NCBI GenBank assembly: GCA_052390235.1
Contig: JBQTHB010000002.1
Location: forward strand, 300,543 to 364,542
DNA from: Deltaproteobacteria bacterium
Lineage (GTDB): Bacteria; Desulfobacterota_D; UBA1144; Nemesobacterales; CSP1-2
DNA: 64,000 bases
Direction: 5' to 3'
Made by a program: the position numbers and the translations under genes. Of this stretch, positions 1 through 10,920 are shown piece after piece. The notes under the pieces were generated by a model. That model did not search any database and was not told the origin of the DNA. It saw nothing but the letters and a program-made list of their open reading frames with translations. The first letter of the stretch is position 1. The number at the start of each line of letters is the position of its first letter.

Positions 1-3000
1 GAACCAACGGTTACAAATATAAGACCCGTCGAAGGTTCATGTTTCAATCCCTTATAGGTAGGCTAAGAACATTTAAAACTGCTCTTATTGCCGGGAAAAG
101 AGCCCGGGTTTCAATCCCTTATAGGTAGGCTAAGAACGCGGACAAAGGGAGAGAAAAAACTCCTCCCGTTTAGCGTTTCAATCCCTTATAGGTAGGCTAA
201 GAACTACGACCCCTTCGTAACCTCTTACCCTCCCAACCCCGAGTTTCAATCCCTTATAGGTAGGCTAAGAACTTTCTTTCTCCCTATACTCCGTGGTAAG
301 AATATAGGGTTTCAATCCCTTATAGGTAGGCTAAGAACCCCGGGTGGTTTACTTTTATGCGGATTATTTTTACAGTTTCAATCCCTTATAGGTAGGCTAA
401 GAACTGTTTCTCTCCACATTCGATACACCCTTGCGGTTAATGTTTCAATCCCTTATAGGTAGGCTAAGAACGACGTCTAGGGGTGTATGTAGATGGGGGT
501 TTATAACAGTTTCAATCCCTTATAGGTAGGCTAAGAACTTGTGCAAATTTGCACAAGTTGTGTTGTACTGCTCCGTTTCAATCCCTTATAGGTAGGCTAA
601 GAACCGTAGGTTATCCGTTTGGGTCGGGGGCATCGCGGAAGGTTTCAATCCCTTATAGGTAGGCTAAGAACTAAAAATCTTCCGCCCCTCCGGGAGGGGC
701 GTTGGTGGTTTCAATCCCTTATAGGTAGGCTAAGAACAATTAAAAAAATGGCTAGCTTTAGAGACCCGGGTCTCGTTTCAATCCCTTATAGGTAGGCTAA
801 GAACCAGATTATCCACCTCCCCCAAAGGGGGGAATGAATCGTTTCAATCCCTTATAGGTAGGCTAAGAACAAAATCCCAACAATGCGAGCGGGAGCGCTG
901 CCTCCCGGTTTCAATCCCTTATAGGTAGGCTAAGAACTAGTGATTATTTCCGAGTGGGACAAGGAGGTTCCGCCGTTTCAATCCCTTATAGGTAGGCTAA
1001 GAACAGGATAAAGAAAAATTTGGGGCTGACCCCACCCCGGGTTTCAATCCCTTATAGGTAGGCTAAGAACAAGGAGGTGTCAATGTTTACAAAAAAAGAT
1101 TTTTACCGTTTCAATCCCTTATAGGTAGGCTAAGAACGGTATTTCCCGCCGTACAGGTACAGTCGCACCACGGCGTTTCAATCCCTTATAGGTAGGCTAA
1201 GAACTTTCTCTAGCATCACGACATCTCCTCACTATTCTTTTGTTTCAATCCCTTATAGGTAGGCTAAGAACGAAAACATCGAACGGTGTAGGCGTATCCC
1301 CGTTCTGAGTTTCAATCCCTTATAGGTAGGCTAAGAACAGACTTCGATACCATCAATTCTGCACCCGATGTTATGTTTCAATCCCTTATAGGTAGGCTAA
1401 GAACTCCAAGATTACACCACCACCTATAGCAACCCCCGCTTGTTTCAATCCCTTATAGGTAGGCTAAGAACTATCAGACAGCCTCCGCTCCGAAGGATGG
1501 CTTCTGGAGTTTCAATCCCTTATAGGTAGGCTAAGAACGTACCGGCAAGGTTTCCGTGCTTGTTTGAGGAGTTCAAAGTTTCAATCCCTTATAGGTAGGC
1601 TAAGAACCTCCCTTGTCGAGGTTAGAGGGTTATTAGCCGAGGGGTTTCAATCCCTTATAGGTAGGCTAAGAACCCATAATTCCATCAGACACCTCAAATA
1701 TCTTTTTCGTGTTTCAATCCCTTATAGGTAGGCTAAGAACTCTTGGATAAGGTACAGCCTAGCTTTGCGAACGCAGTTTCAATCCCTTATAGGTAGGCTA
1801 AGAACTATATCTCTTTCTTCATTTTAGGATTTTCCATATTAGTTTCAATCCCTTATAGGTAGGCTAAGAACTGGTGAGCTATGATAGCGAGCGCAAGAGA
1901 TTCTATCGTTTCAATCCCTTATAGGTAGGCTAAGAACTTCCTCATTTATTTATCTCCTTTGTTTTTGTTATCTGTTTCAATCCCTTATAGGTAGGCTAAG
2001 AACACAGACGTCATACGAATAAACATCTATTTGGCTTTTGTTTCAATCCCTTATAGGTAGGCTAAGAACAAGCGAGAATCTCCTTTCGCTCCGCAGACAG
2101 CCTTGGTTTCAATCCCTTATAGGTAGGCTAAGAACCTGACAAGAAGAAGAAGAAGGGGGTGAAGTAATGAGTTTCAATCCCTTATAGGTAGGCTAAGAAC
2201 CCCGGCAACGAGTGCCATTTTAAATTCTGCCTCCGGTTTCAATCCCTTATAGGTAGGCTAAGAACTCTTGGCTAGTCTGGCTCAGTCCGACCCTTCTCTC
2301 ACGTTTCAATCCCTTATAGGTAGGCTAAGAACGCTTATTGCCCGTCGGATAACTCGCGCCAGTGAAAACGTTTCAATCCCTTATAGGTAGGCTAAGAACT
2401 ATTAGAGCATCGTTTTTGTATAGTATCGAGAGGTTCGGTTTCAATCCCTTATAGGTAGGCTAAGAACGGGATAGAGAGAAAGAAATAAGAGTTCGCAAGC
2501 CGAGTTTCAATCCCTTATAGGTAGGCTAAGAACGAGAGGTGTAGGCAGGTTATTTCGTGCATCTCTGCGAAGTTTCAATCCCTTATAGGTAGGCTAAGAA
2601 CGAGCCAGGCACGGCGGGGCAAGCGGGCGGGCGGTGGTTTCAATCCCTTATAGGTAGGCTAAGAACGCGCGCCCCGCTCGCTCCGCACTTTCGGTTGCTC
2701 CGGCGTTTCAATCCCTTATAGGTAGGCTAAGAACTAGGCTTATGTTCCTTAGCCGATTTGTACTTACCATGTTTCAATCCCTTATAGGTAGGCTAAGAAC
2801 GAACACGGCGGTAACGCTAGATGCCGGCAATACAGATATGTTTCAATCCCTTATAGGTAGGCTAAGAACTGGTGAGCTACGATACCGAGCGCAAGAGATT
2901 CTATAGTTTCAATCCCTTATAGGTAGGCTAAGAACAATTGAACCACAAATCAACTATCAGGCTGATATATTCGTTTCAATCCCTTATAGGTAGGCTAAGA

Positions 3001-4803
3001 ACCGACGCCCTGAGAAAACGGCTTTATATACGTATCCTTGTTTCAATCCCTTATAGGTAGGCTAAGAACTTGTTTGCGTTGTCGTATTCTGTACCGAGGG
3101 AACAGTTTCAATCCCTTATAGGTAGGCTAAGAACGCGGTCTAGCCACTGAGTCCGAGATTGCCTCGTTGTTGTTTCAATCCCTTATAGGTAGGCTAAGAA
3201 CGCAAGAGGGTAGGGAGATGATGATTTCCGTTGCCAGTTTCAATCCCTTATAGGTAGGCTAAGAACTTCGGAGAGGAGCTTAGAATCTGGGGTATGTTCC
3301 GGTGTTTCAATCCCTTATAGGTAGGCTAAGAACCCCCCCGCTCGCGCGCTCCTACTTCCTTCTTATTTGTTTCAATCCCTTATAGGTAGGCTAAGAACGT
3401 TGAAGGCTTGGCAGGAGTTTGTCGAAAAGAATAGGTTTCAATCCCTTATAGGTAGGCTAAGAACGGGAGGATGCAAAAACGACTGGAGTCTAACAACTTC
3501 CGTTTCAATCCCTTATAGGTAGGCTAAGAACCTATCGAAGAATTTCAAAAGTATATCCAAGAGGGAAAGTTTCAATCCCTTATAGGTAGGCTAAGAACGG
3601 GAGGGGGAGGGCGGAGTCGGCTTCATCTTCGGCGGTTTCAATCCCTTATAGGTAGGCTAAGAACGGTTTGAGCAAGGAGCTATGAAAGCCGTTCGGAACG
3701 GTTTCAATCCCTTATAGGTAGGCTAAGAACGCACTAGGGAAAGACATAGCTAGGCGCAAAGAAGCGAGTTTCAATCCCTTATAGGTAGGCTAAGAACTCG
3801 TATTCTGTACCGAGGGAACACAATAAGGCACAATAGTTTCAATCCCTTATAGGTAGGCTAAGAACAAGCCCTTTGGGAGTAATGTAATCATCGGGGATTC
3901 TGGTTTCAATCCCTTATAGGTAGGCTAAGAACTGAATATAGTTGACGGGCAATCGTACGCGGCGGTAAAGTTTCAATCCCTTATAGGTAGGCTAAGAACG
4001 AGATAAGAACTGTACGTCCGTCTGGCACATGGAAAGTTTCAATCCCTTATAGGTAGGCTAAGAACAGGGCTAGAGGCTCAGTTTATCCCTTTTGAGCTAC
4101 CGTTTCAATCCCTTATAGGTAGGCTAAGAACGCGTTGTGAATAGGCGAAATCGCGGAACAGGAGAGAAGTTTCAATCCCTTATAGGTAGGCTAAGAACAT
4201 GTATTCTCTGCCTGCGTCTTCGTCTGAAGATGAGGTTTCAATCCCTTATAGGTAGGCTAAGAACGCAGATATCCTTTATGCCCGTGAAATCGGAGATACG
4301 GGTTTCAATCCCTTATAGGTAGGCTAAGAACATGAGTAACCCTGAGAAGATAGAGAAGAATTTACGCCCGTTTCAATCCCTTATAGGTAGGCTAAGAACG
4401 ATGCTATCTCCAAACTAGAAATCACCGGAGAAGCAGTTTCAATCCCTTATAGGTAGGCTAAGAACATGAAGAGTCAAAAGCAGTCAAATCAAAGCGCCTC
4501 ACACGGTTTCAATCCCTTATAGGTAGGCTAAGAACTCGGAGATACGGTGAAAGTTTTACGCGGATGGAGCTAGTTTCAATCCCTTATAGGTAGGCTAAGA
4601 ACATTTCTCTTCGGATTTGGTGTTCGTTTTCCATTATGTGTTTCAATCCCTTATAGGTAGGCTAAGAACGCGTTTAAGGTTTCTTCTTGTGCTAGTACAC
4701 TGCGAAGTTTCAATCCCTTATAGGTAGGCTAAGAACTTTCAACGATGAGCTATTCCTACAAACCAAAGCCTAGGTTTCAATCCCTTATAGGTAGGCTAAG
4801 AAC
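1..4803 (-). CRISPR. CRISPR array, 72 complete 30-bp repeats (GTTTCAATCCCTTATAGGTAGGCTAAGAAC on the + strand) plus the last 4 nt of a further repeat at 1-4; spacers 35-38 bp; continues beyond the left window edge
   Basis: Exact repeat every 65-68 bp, counted from 41 to 4774. Bases 1-4 (GAAC) match the repeat 3' end and are followed by a 36-nt spacer. The leader and cas2 lie at the right end, so the crRNA strand is minus. The minus-strand repeat ends ...ATTGAAAC, typical of type I-B. Confidence 0.97.
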
Positions 4804-4973
4804 CCATTTCTCCCCAATAAATTCAGCATTTTCGATTATCAAAGAACAATATCTAAACTTAAACCTCTTATTTAACATTCTATGAAAACTCCCTGAAATT
4901 TCAACATTTTCCCTAAGTTTGCCTCTTCCGTCTATCCTCCGGTGTTTTTACGCTATTGGGGGTGGACGGAAAA
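4804..4973 (-). promoter_or_regulatory. CRISPR leader (AT-rich, between cas2 and the first repeat)
   Basis: 170 bp AT-rich non-coding sequence directly between the cas2 stop and the leader-proximal perfect repeat. Confidence 0.6.
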
Positions 4974-5237
4974 TCAGATGAATCTCTCTTCGCCTCCTTT
5001 TTTCACCCCTATGAGTAGCCGGTCGGTGTATTTGGTCGTCCTAAATGTGTAGAATATCAGAGAGTCGTAATCTTTGTCAATTATGGCTGTTAGCTCGTAT
5101 CTGAGCTTCTCGAATTGCGCCTCAGTGAGTTCGCCTTCGAGCACGGAATTCTGCACCCAATACAGATATTTGCGGGCGGTTTTCAGCACCTTGGCGACTC
5201 TCTTTTGCCCAACGTCATAGACTAGGATGATGTTCAT
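4974..5237 (-). CDS. cas2: CRISPR-associated endoribonuclease Cas2
   Basis: 87 aa; N-terminal MNIILVYDV...; sits between cas1 and the leader. Confidence 0.9.
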   Translation of the reverse strand: MNIILVYDVGQKRVAKVLKTARKYLYWVQNSVLEGELTEAQFEKLRYELTAIIDKDYDSLIFYTFRTTKYTDRLLIGVKKGGEERFI

Positions 5238-5274
5238 AATTCATGATACATGATGTATCGCGCATCTCGGCAAA

Positions 5275-6276
5275 TCACCACTCCCACAGAAACGGCGTAT
5301 ATTCCTCCTCCCCCATGAGGTGCTTTTCCAATTTATATAGCTCAAGCCTTATGAGCCGTCTATTCGACACGGGCTTCCCAATTTTCTTATGAGTGATGGT
5401 TGTCTCAAGCCTCTCCTCAAACTCCCTGGAAAATATCTTTGCGCCGTCTTCATTCATGACCACGCCGTCCATTTTTTTCTCGAAATGGTTTTTCTGGAGT
5501 TGCCCCTTGTTGACGAGCGAGAATATCATCCTATCAACGAAAATGGGTTTGAACACCTCCGCCACATCCAAATTGAGCGTGAATCGCCTGAAATTCGTCG
5601 TGTGAAGAAACCCGATGCGCGGGTCTAGGTGGGTTTTATAGATTTCGCTCAGCACAGTTGTGTAGAGTAGGGAGTTGCCGAAGCTGATGAGGGCGTTTAG
5701 GCGGTTTTTAGGCGGGCGGCGGGTGCGGGATTCAAATTTGAAATCGCCATCTTCAATAATCCCATCGAATGTGGAGTAATAAGCCTCTCGGATGTTCCCT
5801 TCAATCGCCATGAGGGAGTCTGTCGCCTCCTGCTTCGGGATGCTCTCGGAAAGGGCTGAGATGTAATCCGAGGTTTTGCCGATGTCCGCGCTCTCTTTCC
5901 TTCGGGCGTAGTAGTCAATGACTTTACGGATGTTGCCGACTGCGCCTTCGATGAATTTGCGGGCTATGGCGATTCTGGCTTTGGGGTCGTTGTAGTAGGT
6001 TGCCTGCTTCAGCGTCATGTAGCCTGAGTTTAGGTGTTCGCGCGGGTAGAAACTGCCGATGTAGTATTGATAGTGGTTGAAGAAGTGGAGGGTTATCTCT
6101 TTTTGCGATGCGAATTCCAGAAACCGCTTATTCAGCGTAACCTCGCCAAATATCATGAGCTCCTGCGTTCCCTCGACGGGGATAAATTTCTTCTCGCCCC
6201 GCTCGTTCTCGAAATAAATTGTGTTGTCCTTGCGCTTAAGCTCGCCGTCGCTGAAGATGAATATGCGTGTTTTCAT
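5275..6276 (-). CDS. cas1: CRISPR-associated integrase Cas1
   Basis: 333 aa with a Cas1-like sequence; adjacent to cas2 and cas4. Confidence 0.9.
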   Translation of the reverse strand: MKTRIFIFSDGELKRKDNTIYFENERGEKKFIPVEGTQELMIFGEVTLNKRFLEFASQKEITLHFFNHYQYYIGSFYPREHLNSGYMTLKQATYYNDPKARIAIARKFIEGAVGNIRKVIDYYARRKESADIGKTSDYISALSESIPKQEATDSLMAIEGNIREAYYSTFDGIIEDGDFKFESRTRRPPKNRLNALISFGNSLLYTTVLSEIYKTHLDPRIGFLHTTNFRRFTLNLDVAEVFKPIFVDRMIFSLVNKGQLQKNHFEKKMDGVVMNEDGAKIFSREFEERLETTITHKKIGKPVSNRRLIRLELYKLEKHLMGEEEYTPFLWEW

Positions 6277-6369
6277 CTTTTTCTAGGTTCTAGAGTGGTT
6301 TTCACACTAGTTTAATCCTTATGAAGCTGTCATGCCCGAAGTAGTAATTGGGCATCCATGTCTTCAACT

Positions 6370-6475
6370 ACTAGATTCCCGGCTTAAAAACTGCGGGAAT
6401 GACAACCTCTTGCATCTTGCCCAGGATACCGGAGTTTCTGTCCGGTCTCTGGATACTGCGGGAATGACATCCCGC
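6370..6475. repeat. MITE-like palindromic element copies (ATTCCC-N8-GGGAAT core, ...GGGAATGACA end) between cas1 and cas4
   Basis: ctagattcccggcttaaaaactgcgggaatgacaa and ctgcgggaatgacat; same family as 9445-9715, 10495-10570 and the others listed below. Confidence 0.8.
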
Positions 6476-6494
6476 ATCCTCCGTGCGTTACGCT

Positions 6495-7004
6495 TTAACT
6501 CCAGCAAAACTCCCGATATCCGCAGTTTGTGCAGTAGCCAATCTTTACCGCTTTTGGCGGAAGCTCCTGTGCGGCGATTCTCTTGATTTCATCAATTGCC
6601 CCCTCAAGCTCCGCAACCAACGCCTCGGTGAGCGAGACCTTCTCCTTCCTCTTCTCCTTCGGAAAAAGAAGCTCCCCTTCAGCCTCGATGCCGTAATCCC
6701 GCAGAACGTACAGATAGTAGGCAAGCTGCATCCTTGCCGCCTCTATCGCTTTTGAGCTTTTCTTAATCTCGCCGACCACGACTTTATCCTCATCGAGCCG
6801 CGTGAGGTCAATCACAACATTTTCGAGATGAATCTGCTTTTTATCTCTCTGATACGTGTTTTCGTTTATAAACCTCCCAAGCTCTATAAATGCATTGTCC
6901 TGATCCGGCACGATGTTCCTCGTCATAAGCCAAAGCTCTCGGCGGCAGATGTAGTAGCAGTCAATGAGAGTACCGTTCACTTTAAATTCGCTCTCGGCTA
7001 CCAA
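6495..7004 (-). CDS. cas4: Cas4 (RecB-like nuclease with Fe-S cysteines)
   Basis: 169 aa; N-terminal Cys and C-terminal CTNCGYREFC cluster; located between cas3 and cas1. Confidence 0.85.
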   Translation of the reverse strand: MVAESEFKVNGTLIDCYYICRRELWLMTRNIVPDQDNAFIELGRFINENTYQRDKKQIHLENVVIDLTRLDEDKVVVGEIKKSSKAIEAARMQLAYYLYVLRDYGIEAEGELLFPKEKRKEKVSLTEALVAELEGAIDEIKRIAAQELPPKAVKIGYCTNCGYREFCWS

Positions 7005-9427
7005 ATTGCCACGCCTCCTTTTAATTTATATCCGGTCTCAAAGTCGTAATACTCATCAATCTGGGAGCTTGAGACGAACGGCATTCCTTCGTCTATGGCA
7101 GGCAGGTTCACCCCCCCTCGCTTCGGCACGGAAACCGAATATTCATAAAACTTTGCCTTTATTTTATCAAACTTCTCTCTTCTCTCGAACGGATTTTGTG
7201 TTTCTCTTATATCTAAAAACTTTTCCCAAATATTTATTGCCTCATTATCAAACTGGATGAAAATATCTACTTTCTCGTAATCCTCTTCAATCAATCTAAA
7301 AGTCCATATACCGTTATCTCCATCGTAGTTCAGCCTGTAGAAGGCTTTGAGAATGTCTCTGGATTTCTGGTCGGATTTTGCCTCGGCAATAAGTTTATAG
7401 TATTCATCAATAAGGTTTAAAAACTCGCTTTCACCGATTTCCTCTCTACCGGAAAGCACTTTTCGGGTTCTGTCCAAAAGTATCGAGTCTTTGTTGTAAA
7501 TGTAGGTTGAGTATTCTCTTCCGGTTTTTCCATCTCTGAGCCTTATGACTCTTATCTCCCTGCCTGCCGATAGTCCGTTTCTGTTACATCTCCCCGCAGA
7601 CTGATTGATCGAATCAAGCGGGCAGAAGTCTCGATAAACAACGTCGAAGTCAATATCCACTCCCGCCTCGACAAGCTGAGTAGTAACGGCGATCCTCTTT
7701 TTCCTTTCTCTGATTTCGTCAATCCTCCTGAGTCTTTCTTTTGGAATCACGTGAGTTGAAAGGTATGTCATCTCTTCTCGCTTTAATCCACTTTCTCTGA
7801 GAAGGCTGTAAAATTCCTTTGCCGAGCCGATTGTGTTGAAGATGAAAAGAAATCTCTTGTCGCCCTTCAGAGCTTCAGTGATTACCGAACCTGCAAATTC
7901 TCTGATGGTTCTGGATTCGGCTATATCAGGCTTCAGAATTACTCTGTGCAAGCTACTAAAATATTTCTCTCTCTCGACAAGTGAAACTGTTTCTCCTCGT
8001 TTGAAAATCAGCGGCTCAGTTGCGGTTACAAATATGAAATATGTGCTGAATTTCTCAGCCATGAAGCGGATTATATCGCGCATGAGAAGCCAGTATTTAT
8101 GAGGGATTGCCTGAATCTCATCCAAGATTACGATGCTTCCCGCGATACGGTGAAACTTCCTTATGCTGCGGTTTTTATTGGAAATCAGCGTATGGAAAAG
8201 CTGTATGAACGTCGTAACGACAATCTCGGAGTTCCAGCCCTCAATCATAATATTCGAGGCGTCGAACTCAAAATCCTCATAATCAGTTTTCCAATGGTAA
8301 TTTACATCCGCCAGATGGTGGTGCTTGAGCAGAACCGGGCTCAGTGGCTCAATATCACTTGCCTTGAGCGCGTCCTCAAAAACTTTACAATTCTGGTCAA
8401 TTACGCTTAGGAATGGCAGAGAATAAATTATGCGAGAACTGTTGCTTCTGTCTTTCTGCATCTTCTCTCTTAGCTTCAGCGCAAAGGCAAGCGAGGTAAG
8501 GGTTTTCCCAAGACCTGTGGGAAGGTTTATTGAGTAAATCTTCTCATCAAGATTTATCTCACGGCTCAGAACTTCTTGAAACGCTTGTTCCCGAAGCTCG
8601 TCAATGTCTTTCTTTTCCCAATTCTGCTTCTGTTTATAACAGCTCACAATTTCATGGCTGAGATTAATTTTGCTCCCGAAGTTTGCTATTTCTTCTCTAT
8701 CTTTTTCTGATACGGCTACTTCATTTTTATCGGCGTCTAGCAAGAGGGAGTAAATAAGGTGAATCAGAAAGTAGTAATCGTAGCTCTCTTTCCCATACAT
8801 CGCCTCATATTCGTCTAGCATTTCGTAGCTTGCGTCTTTTATTTTCTTGAATCTCTCGCAGAGCCATTCATAAGAGAAAGGGCTGCCAAGCTTTTCAAGT
8901 AAGACGTTGAACTTTTGCTTATCGATACTTTCAAGCTGTTCCTGAAGGAGAGAAATATCACTGTCTTGAAACTCTATCTCACAGTTATATACATCCCCAA
9001 GGTTGCCGTGATGACGTTTGCACACCAGAAACGAGGCAATCGGAACAAATCTAAAAAGACCGTCGTATTTACCCTCTCTTTGCAGAAGTTCTTTTGTGAG
9101 GAAGTAAGCTATTACCGAGCCAAAAAGGGCGTGAGAGCTCTTTCTGCTTTTCAGCTTTTCCCTCTCTTCGCGAGTTTTCGCCGTAATATATTGCTGAAAA
9201 TAAGATGTAGCCTTTCCCAGATCGTGGGATGTCGTTATGATTTTTGCTACTTTCCTGAGCGTTTCTTTGTCAATAATACCAGCGGGATTATTTTCCAGAG
9301 AAAGCAGGGCGAGGTCGGTTACGGCTTGGGTGTGGTTTTCTAGGAATTTGCCCGGATGAGAAAATAATCCGGATTCTGTATTAATGCTTTCAACAATAAA
9401 GTTATTGGATTGGTTCTCATTTGCCAT
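6998..9427 (-). CDS. cas3: Cas3 HD-nuclease/helicase
   Basis: 809 aa; N-terminal HD motif (TTSHDLGK); helicase motifs (GLGKT, VILDEIQ). Confidence 0.9.
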   Translation of the reverse strand: MANENQSNNFIVESINTESGLFSHPGKFLENHTQAVTDLALLSLENNPAGIIDKETLRKVAKIITTSHDLGKATSYFQQYITAKTREEREKLKSRKSSHALFGSVIAYFLTKELLQREGKYDGLFRFVPIASFLVCKRHHGNLGDVYNCEIEFQDSDISLLQEQLESIDKQKFNVLLEKLGSPFSYEWLCERFKKIKDASYEMLDEYEAMYGKESYDYYFLIHLIYSLLLDADKNEVAVSEKDREEIANFGSKINLSHEIVSCYKQKQNWEKKDIDELREQAFQEVLSREINLDEKIYSINLPTGLGKTLTSLAFALKLREKMQKDRSNSSRIIYSLPFLSVIDQNCKVFEDALKASDIEPLSPVLLKHHHLADVNYHWKTDYEDFEFDASNIMIEGWNSEIVVTTFIQLFHTLISNKNRSIRKFHRIAGSIVILDEIQAIPHKYWLLMRDIIRFMAEKFSTYFIFVTATEPLIFKRGETVSLVEREKYFSSLHRVILKPDIAESRTIREFAGSVITEALKGDKRFLFIFNTIGSAKEFYSLLRESGLKREEMTYLSTHVIPKERLRRIDEIRERKKRIAVTTQLVEAGVDIDFDVVYRDFCPLDSINQSAGRCNRNGLSAGREIRVIRLRDGKTGREYSTYIYNKDSILLDRTRKVLSGREEIGESEFLNLIDEYYKLIAEAKSDQKSRDILKAFYRLNYDGDNGIWTFRLIEEDYEKVDIFIQFDNEAINIWEKFLDIRETQNPFERREKFDKIKAKFYEYSVSVPKRGGVNLPAIDEGMPFVSSSQIDEYYDFETGYKLKGGVAIW

Positions 9428-9444
9428 GCTGAATCTTCACCTCA

Positions 9445-9715
9445 TTCCATGAGCGGAGAAGCCATCATTCCCATGCAAACGGGAATCCGGCATTTAAAAT
9501 CACTAGATTCCCACTTTCGTGGGAATGACAACTACTGCTCTATTGTTTGCCTCTTTGTCATTCCCGCAGTCTTTTGAGCGGGAATCCAGCAGTTCTGAAT
9601 ACTGGATTATCAATTTCGTGGTAATAACGCCTAGATAGTTTGTCATTCTCGAACGCTTTATCGAGAATTCAGCAGTTCTCAAATACTAGATTCCCGTTTT
9701 CACGGGAATGACAAC
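9445..9715. repeat. Cluster of about 3 MITE-like palindromic elements between cas3 and cas5
   Basis: tagattcccactttcgtgggaatgaca; gtcattcccgcagtcttttgagcgggaatcc; gattcccgttttcacgggaatgaca. Confidence 0.85.
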
Positions 9716-9736
9716 ATAGCCAATTACCGAACCACT

Positions 9737-10462
9737 TTAGAGGAACATGATTCTTTCTCCATTTTCTATTTCCCAAAATCGCTGTGGAATAACAACAAAG
9801 GATTTTCCTTCAGCTTCGTACATCACCTCTCCGTATTCTGTAACCACTCTGTCTGTTGTCATCTCCATCGGTATTTTCTCTTTAAAATACTTTTTCCCCG
9901 GCTCAAATTTTATGCTGTCTTTCTTCTTTATAAGCCCCGAAAGAGGCACGACTGAACCAATCTCCGCTTCGGTTTCCATTTTTTCTAAAATGCCGAACTC
10001 TCCGACGTAGGAGAAATTGCATAACAACTCGCTCAAGCCTAAGCAGGGCGTATAAACCGATTTATGCCGGCTCAGATTATCTCTCAGACTTTCATAAAGC
10101 CATTGGTCGGTGTGAGAAATGTATATTCTAAACTTTGGATATTTTAAAAATTCGGTTCTAATTTGGGTTCTAGGTTCATGACCGCTCTTTTTAATCAGAG
10201 TCCAGCAGTTCCCCTTAGTGTTGATGAGGTTTATGCCGATTCTAGTCTTTTTCACAGGGTTTAAAAGCCTGATTCCTATGCTCGCATCCTTTTTAGAGAA
10301 ATGTTTAAGATATTCGTCTTTGCCTAATCCGATGATAGCCGCAAGAAGCCCTGTAACCGAAGTTCTAGGAGGAATCGAGAACGTAAGCGGCGAAGAGGTC
10401 GTGTAGAATTTCCTGAAATGTGCATAATCTCCCCACACATCAAATACAAGAACTTTGTCCAT
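9737..10462 (-). CDS. cas5: Cas5 (type I-B RAMP)
   Basis: 241 aa; N-terminal VFDVWGDYAHFR...; position between cas7 and cas3. Confidence 0.85.
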   Translation of the reverse strand: MDKVLVFDVWGDYAHFRKFYTTSSPLTFSIPPRTSVTGLLAAIIGLGKDEYLKHFSKKDASIGIRLLNPVKKTRIGINLINTKGNCWTLIKKSGHEPRTQIRTEFLKYPKFRIYISHTDQWLYESLRDNLSRHKSVYTPCLGLSELLCNFSYVGEFGILEKMETEAEIGSVVPLSGLIKKKDSIKFEPGKKYFKEKIPMEMTTDRVVTEYGEVMYEAEGKSFVVIPQRFWEIENGERIMFL

Positions 10463-10494
10463 TGTGAGCCTCTTTCTTTGTTTGTTTTTTTGTT

Positions 10495-10570
10495 TTGTTA
10501 TTCCCGAATATTTCTATCGGGAATCCAGTATTTAAAACTATGTGGATTCCCACTTTCGTGGGAATGACAA
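10495..10570. repeat. MITE-like palindromic element (TGTTATTCCCGAA...TCGGGAATCC + GGATTCCCACTTTCGTGGGAATGACA)
   Basis: Two-hairpin unit with TGTCATTCCC/GGGAATGACA-type ends. Confidence 0.85.
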
Positions 10571-10576
10571 GTTAAA

Positions 10577-10867
10577 TTATCTCGTCAACTCATCATACAA
10601 ATCCTTCCAATCAGGATTCACATTCTCAATAAGTTCGATTTTCCATTTCCGGTTCCATTTCTTCAGCCTTTTTTCTCTCTCAATGGCGCTATGTACATCG
10701 TTTGTTTGCTCATAATAAACCAAATCATGTACGCAGTATTTTTCGGTGAATCCCCTAGCTATGTTGCTTTTGTGTTCATAGACTCTCTTGAGCAAGTTAT
10801 TTGTAACGCCAATATAGAGCGTGCCGTTCTTTTTACTAGCCATAATATAAACGTAGTAAATATTCAT
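10577..10867 (-). CDS. GIY-YIG nuclease family protein (small UPF0213/COG2827-like) inserted inside the cas operon
   Basis: 96 aa; YVYIMAS...LYIGVT...RVYEHK...EREKRLKKW matches the GIY-YIG motif set. Confidence 0.8.
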   Translation of the reverse strand: MNIYYVYIMASKKNGTLYIGVTNNLLKRVYEHKSNIARGFTEKYCVHDLVYYEQTNDVHSAIEREKRLKKWNRKWKIELIENVNPDWKDLYDELTR

Positions 10868-10920
10868 ATATGCCCGCTAGTTATTAATTCACACCCTCGA
10901 CGAAAGATAACCCCTCGACC

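Noticed and set aside
4137-4322. 61-aa ORF inside the CRISPR array
   Set aside because: It spans repeats and spacers, and its translation contains the repeated peptide FQSLIGRLRT from the repeat. This is an artefact of the periodic sequence.
6332-6755. Plus-strand ORFs (84 and 90 aa) overlapping the cas1-cas4 region
   Set aside because: They are antisense to cas4 and overlap the MITE-like repeats, with no support.
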